A stretch of 64,000 nucleotides of DNA, taken from NCBI GenBank assembly GCA_963714015.1, contig OY970223.1:384001-448000 (forward strand), written 5' to 3'. Shown here piece after piece: positions 52,407 through 64,000 of this stretch; position 1 is the first letter of the stretch; each line of letters starts with the position of its first letter. The translations under genes and the position numbers were made by a program. The notes under the pieces were generated by a model. That model saw only the letters and a program-made list of their open reading frames with translations, was not told where the DNA came from and did no database searches. Origin of the DNA: Vulcanimicrobiota bacterium (GTDB lineage: Bacteria > Vulcanimicrobiota > Vulcanimicrobiia > Vulcanimicrobiales > Vulcanimicrobiaceae).

Positions 52407-55400
52407 CTAGTTGGAAACAGCGCGCCGCCACCTTTCGTACGAATCAAGTACCGATGGCCAATCACGCAAACGTTCAAAGTGTTTGTGCACGTCACCAATG
52501 TAAGATTCATCCCGTATCTGGCTTAGTAATAAACCGGCGAAATTCGCCAGCTGCCACATCTGATTGTTATAGCCGTTCGCTATCATTGAATCTGCGAATT
52601 GCATCGCGCGCTTTGGTGGTACGTATGCTGCGTACGAATCAATCGCTTGTAAATCGACATAAACATAAACGCAGTTGCGAAGAGCCCGCTCACACAGATC
52701 GACAATGGCTCCCATTGCGTATTCTGGGTCCTCAGCGATATGCTCGCTTAGCAGACGGCTTATTGTAGAATCTGCGTTAGCGCTCCCACAAGCAATAAAA
52801 AACGCAATCAGCCTTCTAACCGGAGGCTGAAGCGAAATATTTTCGTTGCTGGTCGGGTTCCAGTACTCGCCAGAGCGCCCAGGCCAGCCAGTCTGCAGAT
52901 TTTTCAGGAAGCGATGGCACCACACTCAGCAAAGCCTCAAGTGATGGCTCATCGCCCTTGAACACTACGTCCGCAAGGCGCATACCTAATGCACACTTCG
53001 TCGTGCCAAAGCGGAACCAAAACATGACACGTTCGTCGTCCGTCAGTTTAGGCCAGTATAGCCTGAAAAAATACGCGGTTTGTTCCGCGACAGTTTCATT
53101 TTCTACACGCATCGACAACTGGGCTGCGAAACGAACCATGTTGCCAGCCAGTTCAAATTCATTAGCGCGAACTGCTGCACTATAGATGGCGGTGACTGCC
53201 ATCAGCCCGAAATGAATGGTATATGCCGTGGTTTCTTGGCCAACGGCTTGCATCAGGTCGTCAAGTAAAGGCCTGATGAACCTAAGCCCGTCTTTAGATA
53301 CTAAGCGTGCCGTGGTCCAGTAAGACCAAACACGAACCCCACTAATTGACGAGAAGGAAAACGTCCCATCGTCGTATTTTCTCACTGTCTCCACAGTGGG
53401 GTCTGTATCGCCATATCCGAGTCGGAGAATCGTAAGTACTGTCGATCGATCTGCCTCCTCACTCTTGCGAACAATTTCCGCCTTTCCTCCGGGAGATAAT
53501 CTCGAAAACTCCTTTAACGCATAGCTGGAAAACGTGGCGTCCGAAGGCTGAATTACGTCAGGGACGAGCTGCTTTAGCCGTGAATCATCCAAAACTCGAT
53601 CGCGCAAATGTTTATACTGCAGTGCCGTCGCGACGATCGAAGTTAAGTAACGTTCTCCTGCGAGGCGTGGTTCGTATCCGCTTCTAATTGCCGTTTGCAA
53701 TAAATCCAACGCCCATTCCGGCCTTCCATCCGCCCAATCCAGTTGAGCGAAGAAGCCGAGAGTCGAGCTCTTCATGCTGCACAAAAAAGGGGCGCTTGAC
53801 TATATTAATGGCGTATTGGTATGCGTCGTACGCGACATCACTCGACTTAATAAGCAGGTGGAGCAAAGCCGATTCATCAGGGCTATAGATATCTGAATTG
53901 TCGCCGGATTGTAGCCACTCAAGATAGCACTTCGCAAGAGCAATACTTTCCTTAGCCCTTCGAGCGATCGCATCCCGTATGGAGGGGATACCGTCTCGAA
54001 TGTTTATTAACGCAATAATATTTTGCGCGTGTTCATCGAGATCGTTATCGGAAAATGCAAGCATGAGCTGCGCGTATGCGAAACGCTGGATGAAGCGGGC
54101 CAACTGGCGTAGTAAGTAATCTGCTTAGGAGCTTGCGGCAGTCGACCCTGGTTTCCCGGAGCTAGCGTTGCATGGCCGGGATAACGACTCGTACAAGCCA
54201 ACCGTTATCTTCGTAGTCAAATGCACCACTAATTTGAGAGTGCCCAGGGCCGCTTAATTCAGCCCCGCTATAATCGCCGTAGCGCTCCCACTCCGCTACG
54301 TTTGCGTATTGAAGGACTGCTAATGACCATGCGAGCGCGGCTTGGGGGCTGAGCCGCTGCGAAATAAGGTTTCCACAATCATAAAGCGTCTGACCGGCCC
54401 CATGAATAAAGTCCGGCATACGCCGCTCATTTCCGTATGCTGCCGAGCACTACTTGATATAGCAAATGGGCTCACCGAACGGCAAAAATAGCGCTTTGAG
54501 TTGCGGATATCCAGCCGCTTGAGCAACACGGGAAGCAGCGCAAAAAATCTTCGAATTTCGCTTCTAAAAGGTCATCACGAGAGATATTCGCCGCAGCCGA
54601 GGCCATGGGCTCAGTTACTTCAGCTGCCTCTTCAGGCGAAACCACCTGGTGCTCCAGTAGGCGTTTAAGTAAGGTCGCAAGCAGGTCGGATGGCAGATCA
54701 CGCACGCGAGTTCGTAGCACATCCCACACTAATGGAAGGTTGTCGTCGTACGCCCCCATACTCGCTCGAAACGCCACATCTTCCGGTATAGCGCCAGCAA
54801 TCGCCTTGAAGATGTGACTGTAAGTTGACGCGCGGCGATCTAGGAGACGCATCGCCAAGTGAGCCGCTTCAGGACGAAGCTCCTCTGTTATTACGGCGTC
54901 GAGATCGCGCCACCAGTCGTGTGACTGCGCCAGGTCTATCGCTACGATGTCGTCGGCCTTGAGCAGCGCCCGGAAAAGTCAAAGCGCGTCGACTCATCGT
55001 ACGTTGCGGCGTACTCTGCCGCGCTACGCCCGACGAGGGACAGTTTGTTGCGCGCGGACTCGTTCGCGCCCATTATTCCTCTTTCGCAGGGCCGAAGAGC
55101 AGATCTTCGATACCCATCCGTTGACTGCGGGCGACATCCCACACGAGATGGTCTCGCAAGTTTCCGTACGGAAATTGTAGCATTCCATTCAAGTGTGAGC
55201 CGGCGACCGGCTCTAATAGACCTGAGTCCACGAGCACCTCGATCTCAGCGTCGCTCAACAGACTTTTTCAATTGCAGATAACTAGCGGCGAGTACGTCGT
55301 GCTCCCGCATATAGTTCGCAATTTCCTGAATTTTCCAAATATAGCGTTCTGGCTGACCGCCGCACCGAAGCGCTAATTTTGTGGCTTTGTGCTTAATGAA

Positions 55401-56571
55401 ATTCTCATATACCTCACTTGCCTGCAAGTCCGCGTCGAATCTCGGAACTACCGGCGAATGTCTCGCTGACGATCGACAGCATCGCTGGGTTGCGGCAGAT
55501 TTTCCGTGCATTACCGCTCAGCGTTCCACCGATTTGGAATACAGTGAAGTATTTCTGGATGAATTCGTCGAGTTGCTCGTCTTCGAGCTCGCCAAGGGTT
55601 ATAACTTCGGATTCATTGGTGAAGCGGGCAAGCAAGGTGCTATTCAACAGGCGATGCTTTTCACTCGGTCGGCTTAGTATGATAATCTTGCAGTTGAATG
55701 CACTTAGGCGATCTATCATCGCGGGCAGATCGTGCAGCTCAGACGATACCGCCATCCAGTCGTCGAATCCGTCGAGCACTACGCCTAGCGGCACCCCACG
55801 TTCGGCCAATGAAACCTCGGCGACGCGTTGCAGAAACGCCATGACGTCATCACACCGCTCGTAGACCGCTACAATATCACGTCGGATAACTGCCTCTACG
55901 CCGTCCGTAAGCGCGGCGCCGTCAAGCCTTATAGCATTCCAATGTGGTGATTCAGCCAGGGTCCATGAAAGAGCCGATTTACCGATATCGGAAACGCCAA
56001 GGATTATGTGAACCGGATTTTGCGATCGAAAAAGGGCGACGAAACTGAAGCCGCTCGGAAAGCGGCGCGGTACATACAGATTCGCTGGGATTGACAGCGG
56101 GTGCTTTTGCCGTTGCCGTTCCGGAAACAGCAAGAACTCTTCCGATACCCATCCCGGCCGATCCAGTGTAGGGCTGAAACCGATCCGTAAAGCGCTCTTC
56201 GCGAATGACAGGAGCTCACGTTCTTGAGTTTTGCCCGTGTTCACATTGATCGCGATGTACGTTGTGCCGTCGGTAATACCGACTTCGACGCACCCCTCCG
56301 CTTTCGCATAAGCGACGACCTGCTTGTTTGCCTTCTCGCGTTGTGTCGGCGTCTTGAATTTATCAGGACGCTTGACTTCTATTATGAAAACGACTTTGCC
56401 AAAATGGCGGACCACAATGTCTTTGCGGCGCCGCGATCCAATTTCACGCTCCTCAAGAATGACGTCGTCCATGGGCCAAAGCCGGCGCAGCTCCGCCGCA
56501 ACATGCGCGACGTAGTCGTTTTCTGAGGGCGCCGGTTGTGCGGAGTTGCCGCTCGCCTTTTTGCGAGCCAT
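52407..56571 (-). CDS. large HsdR_N-type nuclease + NACHT/STAND ATPase + helical-repeat protein (Avs/NLR-like), multiply frameshifted
   Basis: RKDIVV...FIIEVKRP...QVVAYA...GITDG (HsdR_N-like); ILGVSDIGKS; VVLDGFDD; IIILSRP; RNPAML; a chain of overlapping minus-strand ORF pieces continues to 52407. Confidence 0.65.
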
Positions 56572-56768
56572 TGCACGTCGCGTTCGGTTTTCCGGAGCAC
56601 TCTGCCTGTACCGTACGCTTGACCCACATGTTAATGGCTGCCCTCGGCTACGCTGATCTGCCTGCAACTGTCACCTGGGCTTTTGCCTGCCCGGTGCAAC
56701 CGCCATACGGAGACTCGTGCATCTCCGCGACGCTGAGTAGAACTTCAAGTAGAACTGGCAATCCTAGA

Positions 56769-56796
56769 TAAAAAAGCCGCGTAAATACGCAGCTCT
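56769..56796 (-). terminator. intrinsic terminator after tRNA-Glu
   Basis: Minus strand GAGCTGCGTA-TT-TACGCGGCTT followed by a T-run. Confidence 0.65.
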
Positions 56797-56798
56797 AT

Positions 56799-56873
56799 TG
56801 GTAGCGCCAACGGGAATCGAACCCGTCTTTCCGCCTTGAAAGGGCGATGTCCTAACCGATAGACGATGGCGCC
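56799..56873 (-). tRNA. tRNA-Glu (TTC)
   Basis: GGCGCCATCGTCTATCGGTTAGGACATCGCCCTTTCAAGGCGGAAAGACGGGTTCGATTCCCGTTGGCGCTACCA; cloverleaf, CCA encoded. Confidence 0.97.
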
Positions 56874-56947
56874 GTGGCCCTGCCTAATTCACCATAACCT
56901 CGAGCAGGCTGTCAACCACTTCGCCCGCCCGAAGCGGCCGGCCTGGA

Positions 56948-57433
56948 TTACTGGCGGCCTACCGGAGCCTGTGCCGCGATGAAGGTTTTCGAGGTTTGGC
57001 CTTTAGCGGGCGAATGCGGTGTGACGGTAACCGTCATGACGGCCTTTTTCAGCGTACCGACGGTCACGGTACCGGATCCGTTCTTGGCCGTTCGCTCCCA
57101 CTGCACCGCGATCGTGTTCGCGTGACCGCGCATATCCGGCGTGATCTCAACGGTCGCTTTCGACGTCACGATGGACGTGATGGGCCGGCCGTTCGCCCAG
57201 ATGCTAAACGTCACGCCATGGGTCTTGGCGCTGGTCTTTGCATAATAGCGATCGCCGGGGGTTTTCGAAAGCGCCTGTTCCGGCGGTGCGTTCGTCGAAT
57301 TTGCCTGGGCCATCGTCGTTTGACCGGGCAGCGGCGTCTGTCCGGACGACGATGGATTGTTCGCATTGCACGCGGTAAGGCCGAACGCGATCAAAAGCGC
57401 GCCCAGCGAACGGAGGAGGACGAAGCCTTGCAT
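56948..57433 (-). CDS. hypothetical lipoprotein
   Basis: MQGFVLLRSLGALLIAFGLTAC lipobox; the ORF-track extension runs over the tRNA and is spurious. Confidence 0.7.
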   Translation of the reverse strand: MQGFVLLRSLGALLIAFGLTACNANNPSSSGQTPLPGQTTMAQANSTNAPPEQALSKTPGDRYYAKTSAKTHGVTFSIWANGRPITSIVTSKATVEITPDMRGHANTIAVQWERTAKNGSGTVTVGTLKKAVMTVTVTPHSPAKGQTSKTFIAAQAPVGRQ

Positions 57434-57471
57434 GCCTGCGTCATTCCCCGCCCGACCGGCGCTAAACCGCA

Positions 57472-57543
57472 TGGGCCCGGTAGGATTCGAACCTACGCGC
57501 AACCAGTTATGAGCCGGCCGCTCTACCGCTGAGCTACGGGCCC
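57472..57543 (-). tRNA. tRNA with CAT anticodon, most likely tRNA-Ile2 (lysidine) rather than Met
   Basis: GGGCCCGTAGCTCAGCGGTAGAGCGGCCGGCTCATAACTGGTTGCGCGTAGGTTCGAATCCTACCGGGCCCA; G1-C72 is paired, so not the initiator; CCA not encoded. Confidence 0.9.
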
Positions 57544-57629
57544 GGTGGGCCTCTCCGTATTCCAAGACCGGGTCGCCGTTCCCTTACGGCGTGCACCGTC
57601 CGGCCGAGCAAATCTTTACCGCCCGCCTT

Positions 57630-57669
57630 TAGTTGACTTCGTCAAATACTTAGTTGATAATGTCAACTA
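57630..57669 (+). promoter_or_regulatory. sigma70-like promoter overlapped by two palindromic MarR-type operators
   Basis: TAGTTGA-CTTCG-TCAAATA (57630) and TAGTTGA-TAATG-TCAACTA (57651); TTGACT-17 nt-GATAAT. Confidence 0.75.
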
Positions 57670-57672
57670 TCT

Positions 57673-58587
57673 ATGCAACAAGACGTCGAACGTTTGCGCC
57701 GCTTCAATCGCTTCTACACCCGGCGGCTCGGCATTCTGGATAAGGGATTTTTGGGCAGCGATTTCGCGCTCATCGAGGTTCGCGTTCTGTACGAACTTGC
57801 CCACCGCGATAACGTCTTCGCATCGGAACTGGTCGACGAATTAACCGTCGATCCGGGATATTTGAGCCGGATTCTGCGCGGATTCGAGCAACAAGGCCTG
57901 ATCCGCAAGCAGCGCAGCCGTACCGACTCGCGGCGCAGCATGCTCGCGCTCACTGCAAAAGGGCGTCGCGTCTTCGAACGTCTGGATAAACGTCAGCACG
58001 ATGAAGTCGCGGCGATGTTGCAGGATCTCCATGAAACCGATCGTCGCCGTTTACTGGCAGCCGCCGGAGCAGTCGAAGATCTTTTGGAGCGCCGACAGTT
58101 CAACGGCACGCCGTTCGTGCTTCGCGACCCGCGTCCGGGCGACATCGGCTGGGTCGTCGAGCGGCATGGCGCGATCTATTCGATGGAGTACGGCTGGAAC
58201 GAGCAGTTTGAAGCGCTCGTTGCAGAAATCGCCGGCGGCTTTTTGAAGCAGCACGATGCCGAACGGGAACATTGCTGGATCGCAGAACTCGACGGACGCA
58301 ATGCCGGCTGCATCTTCCTCGTGGCGAAAGATGCCTCTGTCGCCCAACTTCGGCTGCTGCTCGTAGAGCCGGATGCGCGCGGCTTGGGCATCGGACGTGC
58401 CCTTATTCGCCGATGCATCGAATTCGCGCGAACGGCGGGCTACCGTAAGATAACGCTCTGGACCAATCACGTCCTCGAGGCCGCTCGTCATCTCTATGAA
58501 GAAGCGGGATTCACGTTGTTAAAAGAAGAGCCGCACGAGCGGTTCGGGACCCCGCTCGTGGGCCAAACTTGGGAACTTCGACTGTAA
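57673..58587 (+). CDS. bifunctional MarR HTH / GNAT acetyltransferase
   Basis: RRFNRFYTRRLG.L, EVRVLYEL, DPGYLSRIL, DSRR..L.LT; PGDIGWVVERHG..Y..EYGW, LRLLLVEPDARGLGIG. Confidence 0.93.
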   Translation: MQQDVERLRRFNRFYTRRLGILDKGFLGSDFALIEVRVLYELAHRDNVFASELVDELTVDPGYLSRILRGFEQQGLIRKQRSRTDSRRSMLALTAKGRRVFERLDKRQHDEVAAMLQDLHETDRRRLLAAAGAVEDLLERRQFNGTPFVLRDPRPGDIGWVVERHGAIYSMEYGWNEQFEALVAEIAGGFLKQHDAEREHCWIAELDGRNAGCIFLVAKDASVAQLRLLLVEPDARGLGIGRALIRRCIEFARTAGYRKITLWTNHVLEAARHLYEEAGFTLLKEEPHERFGTPLVGQTWELRL

Positions 58588-58590
58588 ACG

Positions 58591-59013
58591 CTAGCCTTCG
58601 GAAATATCGGCGACGACCGACCCCGTCTCTTCCGACGGCAGCTGGCGCGCGATGTCGGCTTGGCTCACCATTCCGACGAGCGTCTTCCCACGCGTTACCG
58701 GCAATCGCCGAACCTGACGCGACCGCATCAGTTGCGTAGCGCGGTCTATCGGATCGTCCGGCGAAACCGCTTCGATATCCGACGAATCTATTTCTCCGAC
58801 TTTTGTGGTCGAGGGATCTTTGCGCTCGGCTATTGCGCGCACGACGATATCGCGATCGGTAATGATTCCGCGCAGTTCGCCGGTGTCCGAGATTACGGGA
58901 ATTGCTCCGACGTTGGCTTGCGCCATTCGCTGCGCGGCATTTGCGACGGTGTCGTTCTCGCGGACCGTTTCGACCGATTCAGTCATGACGTCCGCAACTC
59001 GTACACTGGTCAT
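58591..59013 (-). CDS. CBS domain protein
   Basis: VADVMT, VGAIPV, GIITDRDIVVR, QVRRLPV, GMVSQADIA. Confidence 0.92.
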   Translation of the reverse strand: MTSVRVADVMTESVETVRENDTVANAAQRMAQANVGAIPVISDTGELRGIITDRDIVVRAIAERKDPSTTKVGEIDSSDIEAVSPDDPIDRATQLMRSRQVRRLPVTRGKTLVGMVSQADIARQLPSEETGSVVADISEG

Positions 59014-59109
59014 ATCGGCCTCCTTATTTCTTTCAGATAGAACCGATTCCCAAAGAGCGCCCAATCCAACGTACCGGGCGGCAGGCTCCCCCCACGTCGG
59101 GCCGGCGGC

Positions 59110-60117
59110 TCATATCGTGGAGAGCGAGTGACCAACATAGGTCTGTAACTGTTTTGAGCCGGTGTCGTACGCAGTGTACCCGACGAAAAGTACGAGCGTC
59201 AGCAGTTCTGCCGCGATCAAGGCAAAAACAATGCTGCGAATCAAGCCCCAGTACACCGCGTGGCGAGCATGCGCGTCGGTCACTCCAATGATGCCCGCTA
59301 TATCTTTTGCACAATGATGGAATGCCTTCGGACCGGCAAAGACTGCGTAGACAAATGGCGCGCCCCCGACTAAGGCGACGGCCCAAAGCAGCCCCGACAG
59401 TATGCCGAACGAAACCGGAAACGTCTGCGGGATTTCATCGTAGGTCGAGAGCAGGCTGTACCTGAGCAGAAAGAAGTAGATAGAACCGCCCGTCACCAGA
59501 AAGAACATCGGCCAAAACGTTCGCGCGGTGAAGTAGTAGTAGACGATCTGCCGCGCTTTGCCGGCGTGCTCGGCCGCTTTCGTCCGTCGTCTGATGAACC
59601 ATGGAAAAAACACGCCGAGGAAATAGACGACGAGAGGCGCTCCGACCGTCAATAACAGCCCTTCGTGTGGTAACGTCAGTTCGCTGTCGTGATCGGTGAG
59701 GTCGTTTTCCAATTGGCTGCGTTTATAGAGCAGCGATTGGCGCTGTTCGGGGCCGGGTTGAGCGGCAAGCTGACTATTGACGCTGCGAATCTGGGTCTGA
59801 AGTGCGTGCGAAATCCAGTCGCTCTTTACGTTGGGATCGGGAAACAGAAAGTGAAATCCGAATCCGATGATTGCGACGATGGAAAACGTGAGCGTCGCGG
59901 CGCTCAGGGCGAATTCAAACGGATTTTTCCAACCTTCGTACGGGGCTTGCGTGCAGTACGAACTCTCGGGATGCCTGACGATGGTGTCGCGCTGGCGCAG
60001 GAACGCCTTGAAGTCTAGGAGCGGACGCAAATGGTCATTCCACCACGTTCCTAATTCGCCGCGCGGCGTGGGAAGGTCGTCTCGCACCTGCGCATGGGCG
60101 TCGACTACATCCTGCAT
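59110..60117 (-). CDS. hypothetical membrane protein
   Basis: 335-aa ORF with several hydrophobic segments. Confidence 0.65.
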   Translation of the reverse strand: MQDVVDAHAQVRDDLPTPRGELGTWWNDHLRPLLDFKAFLRQRDTIVRHPESSYCTQAPYEGWKNPFEFALSAATLTFSIVAIIGFGFHFLFPDPNVKSDWISHALQTQIRSVNSQLAAQPGPEQRQSLLYKRSQLENDLTDHDSELTLPHEGLLLTVGAPLVVYFLGVFFPWFIRRRTKAAEHAGKARQIVYYYFTARTFWPMFFLVTGGSIYFFLLRYSLLSTYDEIPQTFPVSFGILSGLLWAVALVGGAPFVYAVFAGPKAFHHCAKDIAGIIGVTDAHARHAVYWGLIRSIVFALIAAELLTLVLFVGYTAYDTGSKQLQTYVGHSLSTI

Positions 60118-60188
60118 GGCCTACCGCCTTTACTGCCGGTGGTACTTCTCGCAAGCGGGTTTGCACGCCCTCCACGGTTCGTGAGCCT

Positions 60189-61954
<1,766 letters not shown>

Positions 61955-62012
61955 AACGCGCCCTCAATACGGGCCGCGGGCGAAGCAGGCCTGCACCCCG
62001 AAGCGGCCTGCG

Positions 62013-62750
62013 GTGAGCCGTTTCAGCCGGATTTTGCGCGTTCCCGTAACGGGAAGCACCAACGAAGACATGGCGGCGATGTTGGGCGAGGAGCGCGCGA
62101 GGGGTCTGACGCTCGTGGCCGATTATCAGCAGCACGGAAGCGGACGCAAGGGCCGCTCATGGATTGCAGCACCCGGCACGGCGCTGCTCTGCACGGTCGC
62201 GCTTCCTGACCCGCTCCCGAGCAGCAACCTGTGGATCGTGCCGTTCTGGTCGGCACTCGTGGTGCGCGCGGCGCTCGGTGAATTCGGACTGAAAACACAA
62301 CTGCAATGGCCCAACGACGTCTTGACCGGCGGCCGCAAGATCGCCGGAATTCTGTGCATCTCGCGCATAACCGGCGTATCTGCGTGGGCTGCAAGCGGAA
62401 TCGGCGTGAACGTGCATCGCCCCAAGGACGATCCGGAGCAGCCACGGATCGCGCCGCCGCCGGCATATCTCTCCGATTATGCGGATGCGGATCGCGATGC
62501 GGTCTTGGATGCAGTACTGAGTCAAGCGGAGGCAACCTATGACGATCTGTCCTCACCGCAACGGATCGCCCGCGCTTGGGAAACCGCAGCCGGCATTCCC
62601 GGCATGGTTTATCGCATCGCTCTCGACGGCGAAAAACAGCCATTTGAAGCAGAGGCGCTTCGCCTAATGACCGGCGGCGCGCTGATGGTAAAGCACGAAG
62701 GCGTCGAACGCACGATCGCGCTCGCCGACGCGCGTATTTTGAGAGAGTAG
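62013..62750 (+). CDS. birA: biotin-[acetyl-CoA-carboxylase] ligase (no N-terminal HTH)
   Basis: TGSTNED, VADYQQHGSGRKGRSW, WPNDV, RKIAGIL, GIGVNV. Confidence 0.92.
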   Translation: MSRFSRILRVPVTGSTNEDMAAMLGEERARGLTLVADYQQHGSGRKGRSWIAAPGTALLCTVALPDPLPSSNLWIVPFWSALVVRAALGEFGLKTQLQWPNDVLTGGRKIAGILCISRITGVSAWAASGIGVNVHRPKDDPEQPRIAPPPAYLSDYADADRDAVLDAVLSQAEATYDDLSSPQRIARAWETAAGIPGMVYRIALDGEKQPFEAEALRLMTGGALMVKHEGVERTIALADARILRE

Positions 62751-62762
62751 GCCGCGCCTATT

Positions 62763-62978
62763 CTATTTTACGACGCCGCCGATGGAGATGTTCGCGCCAT
62801 GAAGAGCGCTGACCGCCGCAGTTTCGGCGCCGCCGTCGATGCTCAGGCATAGATTCGACGCCGTGTTGACGGTCGAGGGTTTCGGAATCATTTTCGCGCT
62901 AACGCCGGCATCCTTGAGCGCCTTGGTGGCGATCATCGTGTCGGCATTGCTCGAGAAAAAGAGGATGACGTCTGCCAC
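62763..62978 (-). CDS. small conserved protein (DUF3343-like)
   Basis: F.S....M.A.KALK.AGV...MIPKP......C-type pattern. Confidence 0.55.
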   Translation of the reverse strand: MADVILFFSSNADTMIATKALKDAGVSAKMIPKPSTVNTASNLCLSIDGGAETAAVSALHGANISIGGVVK

Positions 62979-62985
62979 GCTGCGC

Positions 62986-64000
62986 CTACTTCGCTGAAGC
63001 TCCGTGCACCAATTTGTCCAATGCCGCAGCCACGTCGTTCAGTTCCGAGACTCGCGTGACGGCTTGCTGCAAGCGATTGCTCATCTCTTGCGAGAGCGTG
63101 TCAATCACGATCATATCGCCGACGAGCTCTTCGTTGACGGCCTTGAGTTCGCGGACCTTTCCGCCGGAATCCGTGGCGCCGAGCTGTTCGATCAGCTCGC
63201 CGGCGCGCTCCACCGCGGCCTTCGTCGCGGCGACGTGATCGCCCGAGACTTCCCCGCCGACGATTGCGACGCCGAGTTCCTTGGCCGCCGCGCTGACCTG
63301 TTCGCTGCGCGTCGCCAGATGGTTCGAGATCCGCTGCACGATGGGAATGGCTACGAGCAGCGCCGCCATCATCGAGATGAAGCCCCAAAGCGCGAAGGTC
63401 TCAGTCATGTGGTTAATGATGCCGCTGATCTGCGACATCGGGACGCCGTACCAGCGCGCACCGATAACGGCGCCTTGATCGTCGGTAATCGGATCCAAAC
63501 GCGTCAAGTACTCCGTGCCGCCTTCTCGATCCGCCCCGACCCACGGCTGACCTGTGCGCAGGTTGTTTGCGTCAAAGGCGTCGACCCGCGAGTCGATGAG
63601 ACGCGTGCCGTCCGGCTGAGCAATCGTGCTGGACACGACGGCGTCGCCTTCGAGAATCGCTGTCTGCGCTCCAAGCGAATGCGTGCTGTCGTCGACGAGA
63701 TCGTAATAATGGTTCAGCAGAACGCCGCCGTAGATTGCGCCGAGCGTCCGTTCGTTGGCGTCGCTCATCGGCGCCGCTGCTACCAGCGCTAGGCCGTTCG
63801 TAATGTGCTCGACGGTTTTGGAACCGTCGATGATGTCGGCTCCGGCCTGCGCAACAAGCCCTTCGCCCTGCAGATCCTGCACCGGTATCAGCGCGGCCGT
63901 GCTCACCGATTCACCCGTGAGCGCGCGCTGCACGTACTTGTTGCCCGCAAACGACCCGCCGTCTCCGCCATTCGCGCGAGCCACCACTTTGCCGTCGGTG
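62986..64000 (-). CDS. Cache-domain membrane sensor / chemoreceptor-like protein (5' end outside window)
   Basis: Periplasmic cache-like region (YLTRLDPITDDQGAVIGARWYG), TM helix, coiled-coil tail. Confidence 0.65.
   Translation of the reverse strand, partial: TDGKVVARANGGDGGSFAGNKYVQRALTGESVSTAALIPVQDLQGEGLVAQAGADIIDGSKTVEHITNGLALVAAAPMSDANERTLGAIYGGVLLNHYYDLVDDSTHSLGAQTAILEGDAVVSSTIAQPDGTRLIDSRVDAFDANNLRTGQPWVGADREGGTEYLTRLDPITDDQGAVIGARWYGVPMSQISGIINHMTETFALWGFISMMAALLVAIPIVQRISNHLATRSEQVSAAAKELGVAIVGGEVSGDHVAATKAAVERAGELIEQLGATDSGGKVRELKAVNEELVGDMIVIDTLSQEMSNRLQQAVTRVSELNDVAAALDKLVHGASAK

Larger units (their letters stand above)
42451..56824. mobile_element. tRNA-Glu-integrated genomic (defence) island, about 14.3 kb
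   Basis: Flanked by the 26-bp direct repeat; visibly more AT-rich than the flanks; restriction/defence-type genes; no integrase seen. Confidence 0.85.

Noticed and set aside
57434..57565. N-terminal extension of ORF 56948-57565
   Set aside because: It overlaps the CAT-anticodon tRNA; the real start is the lipoprotein Met at 57433.

Overview
GC-rich bacterial window made mostly of accessory DNA, joining core chromosome at about 56.8 kb. (1) 2-13 kb: a P-type (IncP/Ti-like) conjugation region, traG/virD4-trbBCDE-L-F-G-I-traF, with no visible trbJ. (2) 13.4-33.4 kb, minus strand: a RiPP biosynthetic cluster. It holds a 45-aa Ser/Thr/Cys-rich precursor, RRE/E1-like partner, YcaO, SagB-type dehydrogenase, CAAX protease, ABC exporter, TonB-dependent receptor-like gene and full-length LanB. 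A PQQ dehydrogenase with the lanthanide-type DYD motif and a cupredoxin sit inside the operon. Upstream are three paralogous secreted proteins, an unannotated 44-aa secreted peptide and a STAND-LuxR regulator. (3) 33.5-42.4 kb: GNAT, MscS, a small copper-related regulon with two near-identical operator boxes, a second AAA-LuxR regulator and a NucS-domain gene. (4) 42.45-56.8 kb: a 14.3-kb island bounded by a 26-bp duplication of the tRNA-Glu 3' end. It carries defence-like genes: a HEPN-GGCT fusion, a coupled MTase/BglII-like REase/ParB/SNF2/DUF3883 operon, a SIR2-like remnant and an HsdR_N-NACHT protein. No integrase was found. (5) Core region: two tRNAs, MarR-GNAT, CBS, eno, ndk, birA. Many accessory genes are split by single-base frameshifts (uncorrected long-read error or real decay; these cannot be told apart here), so many coordinates are manual reconstructions. 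All family calls come from motif recognition by eye, not from database searches.
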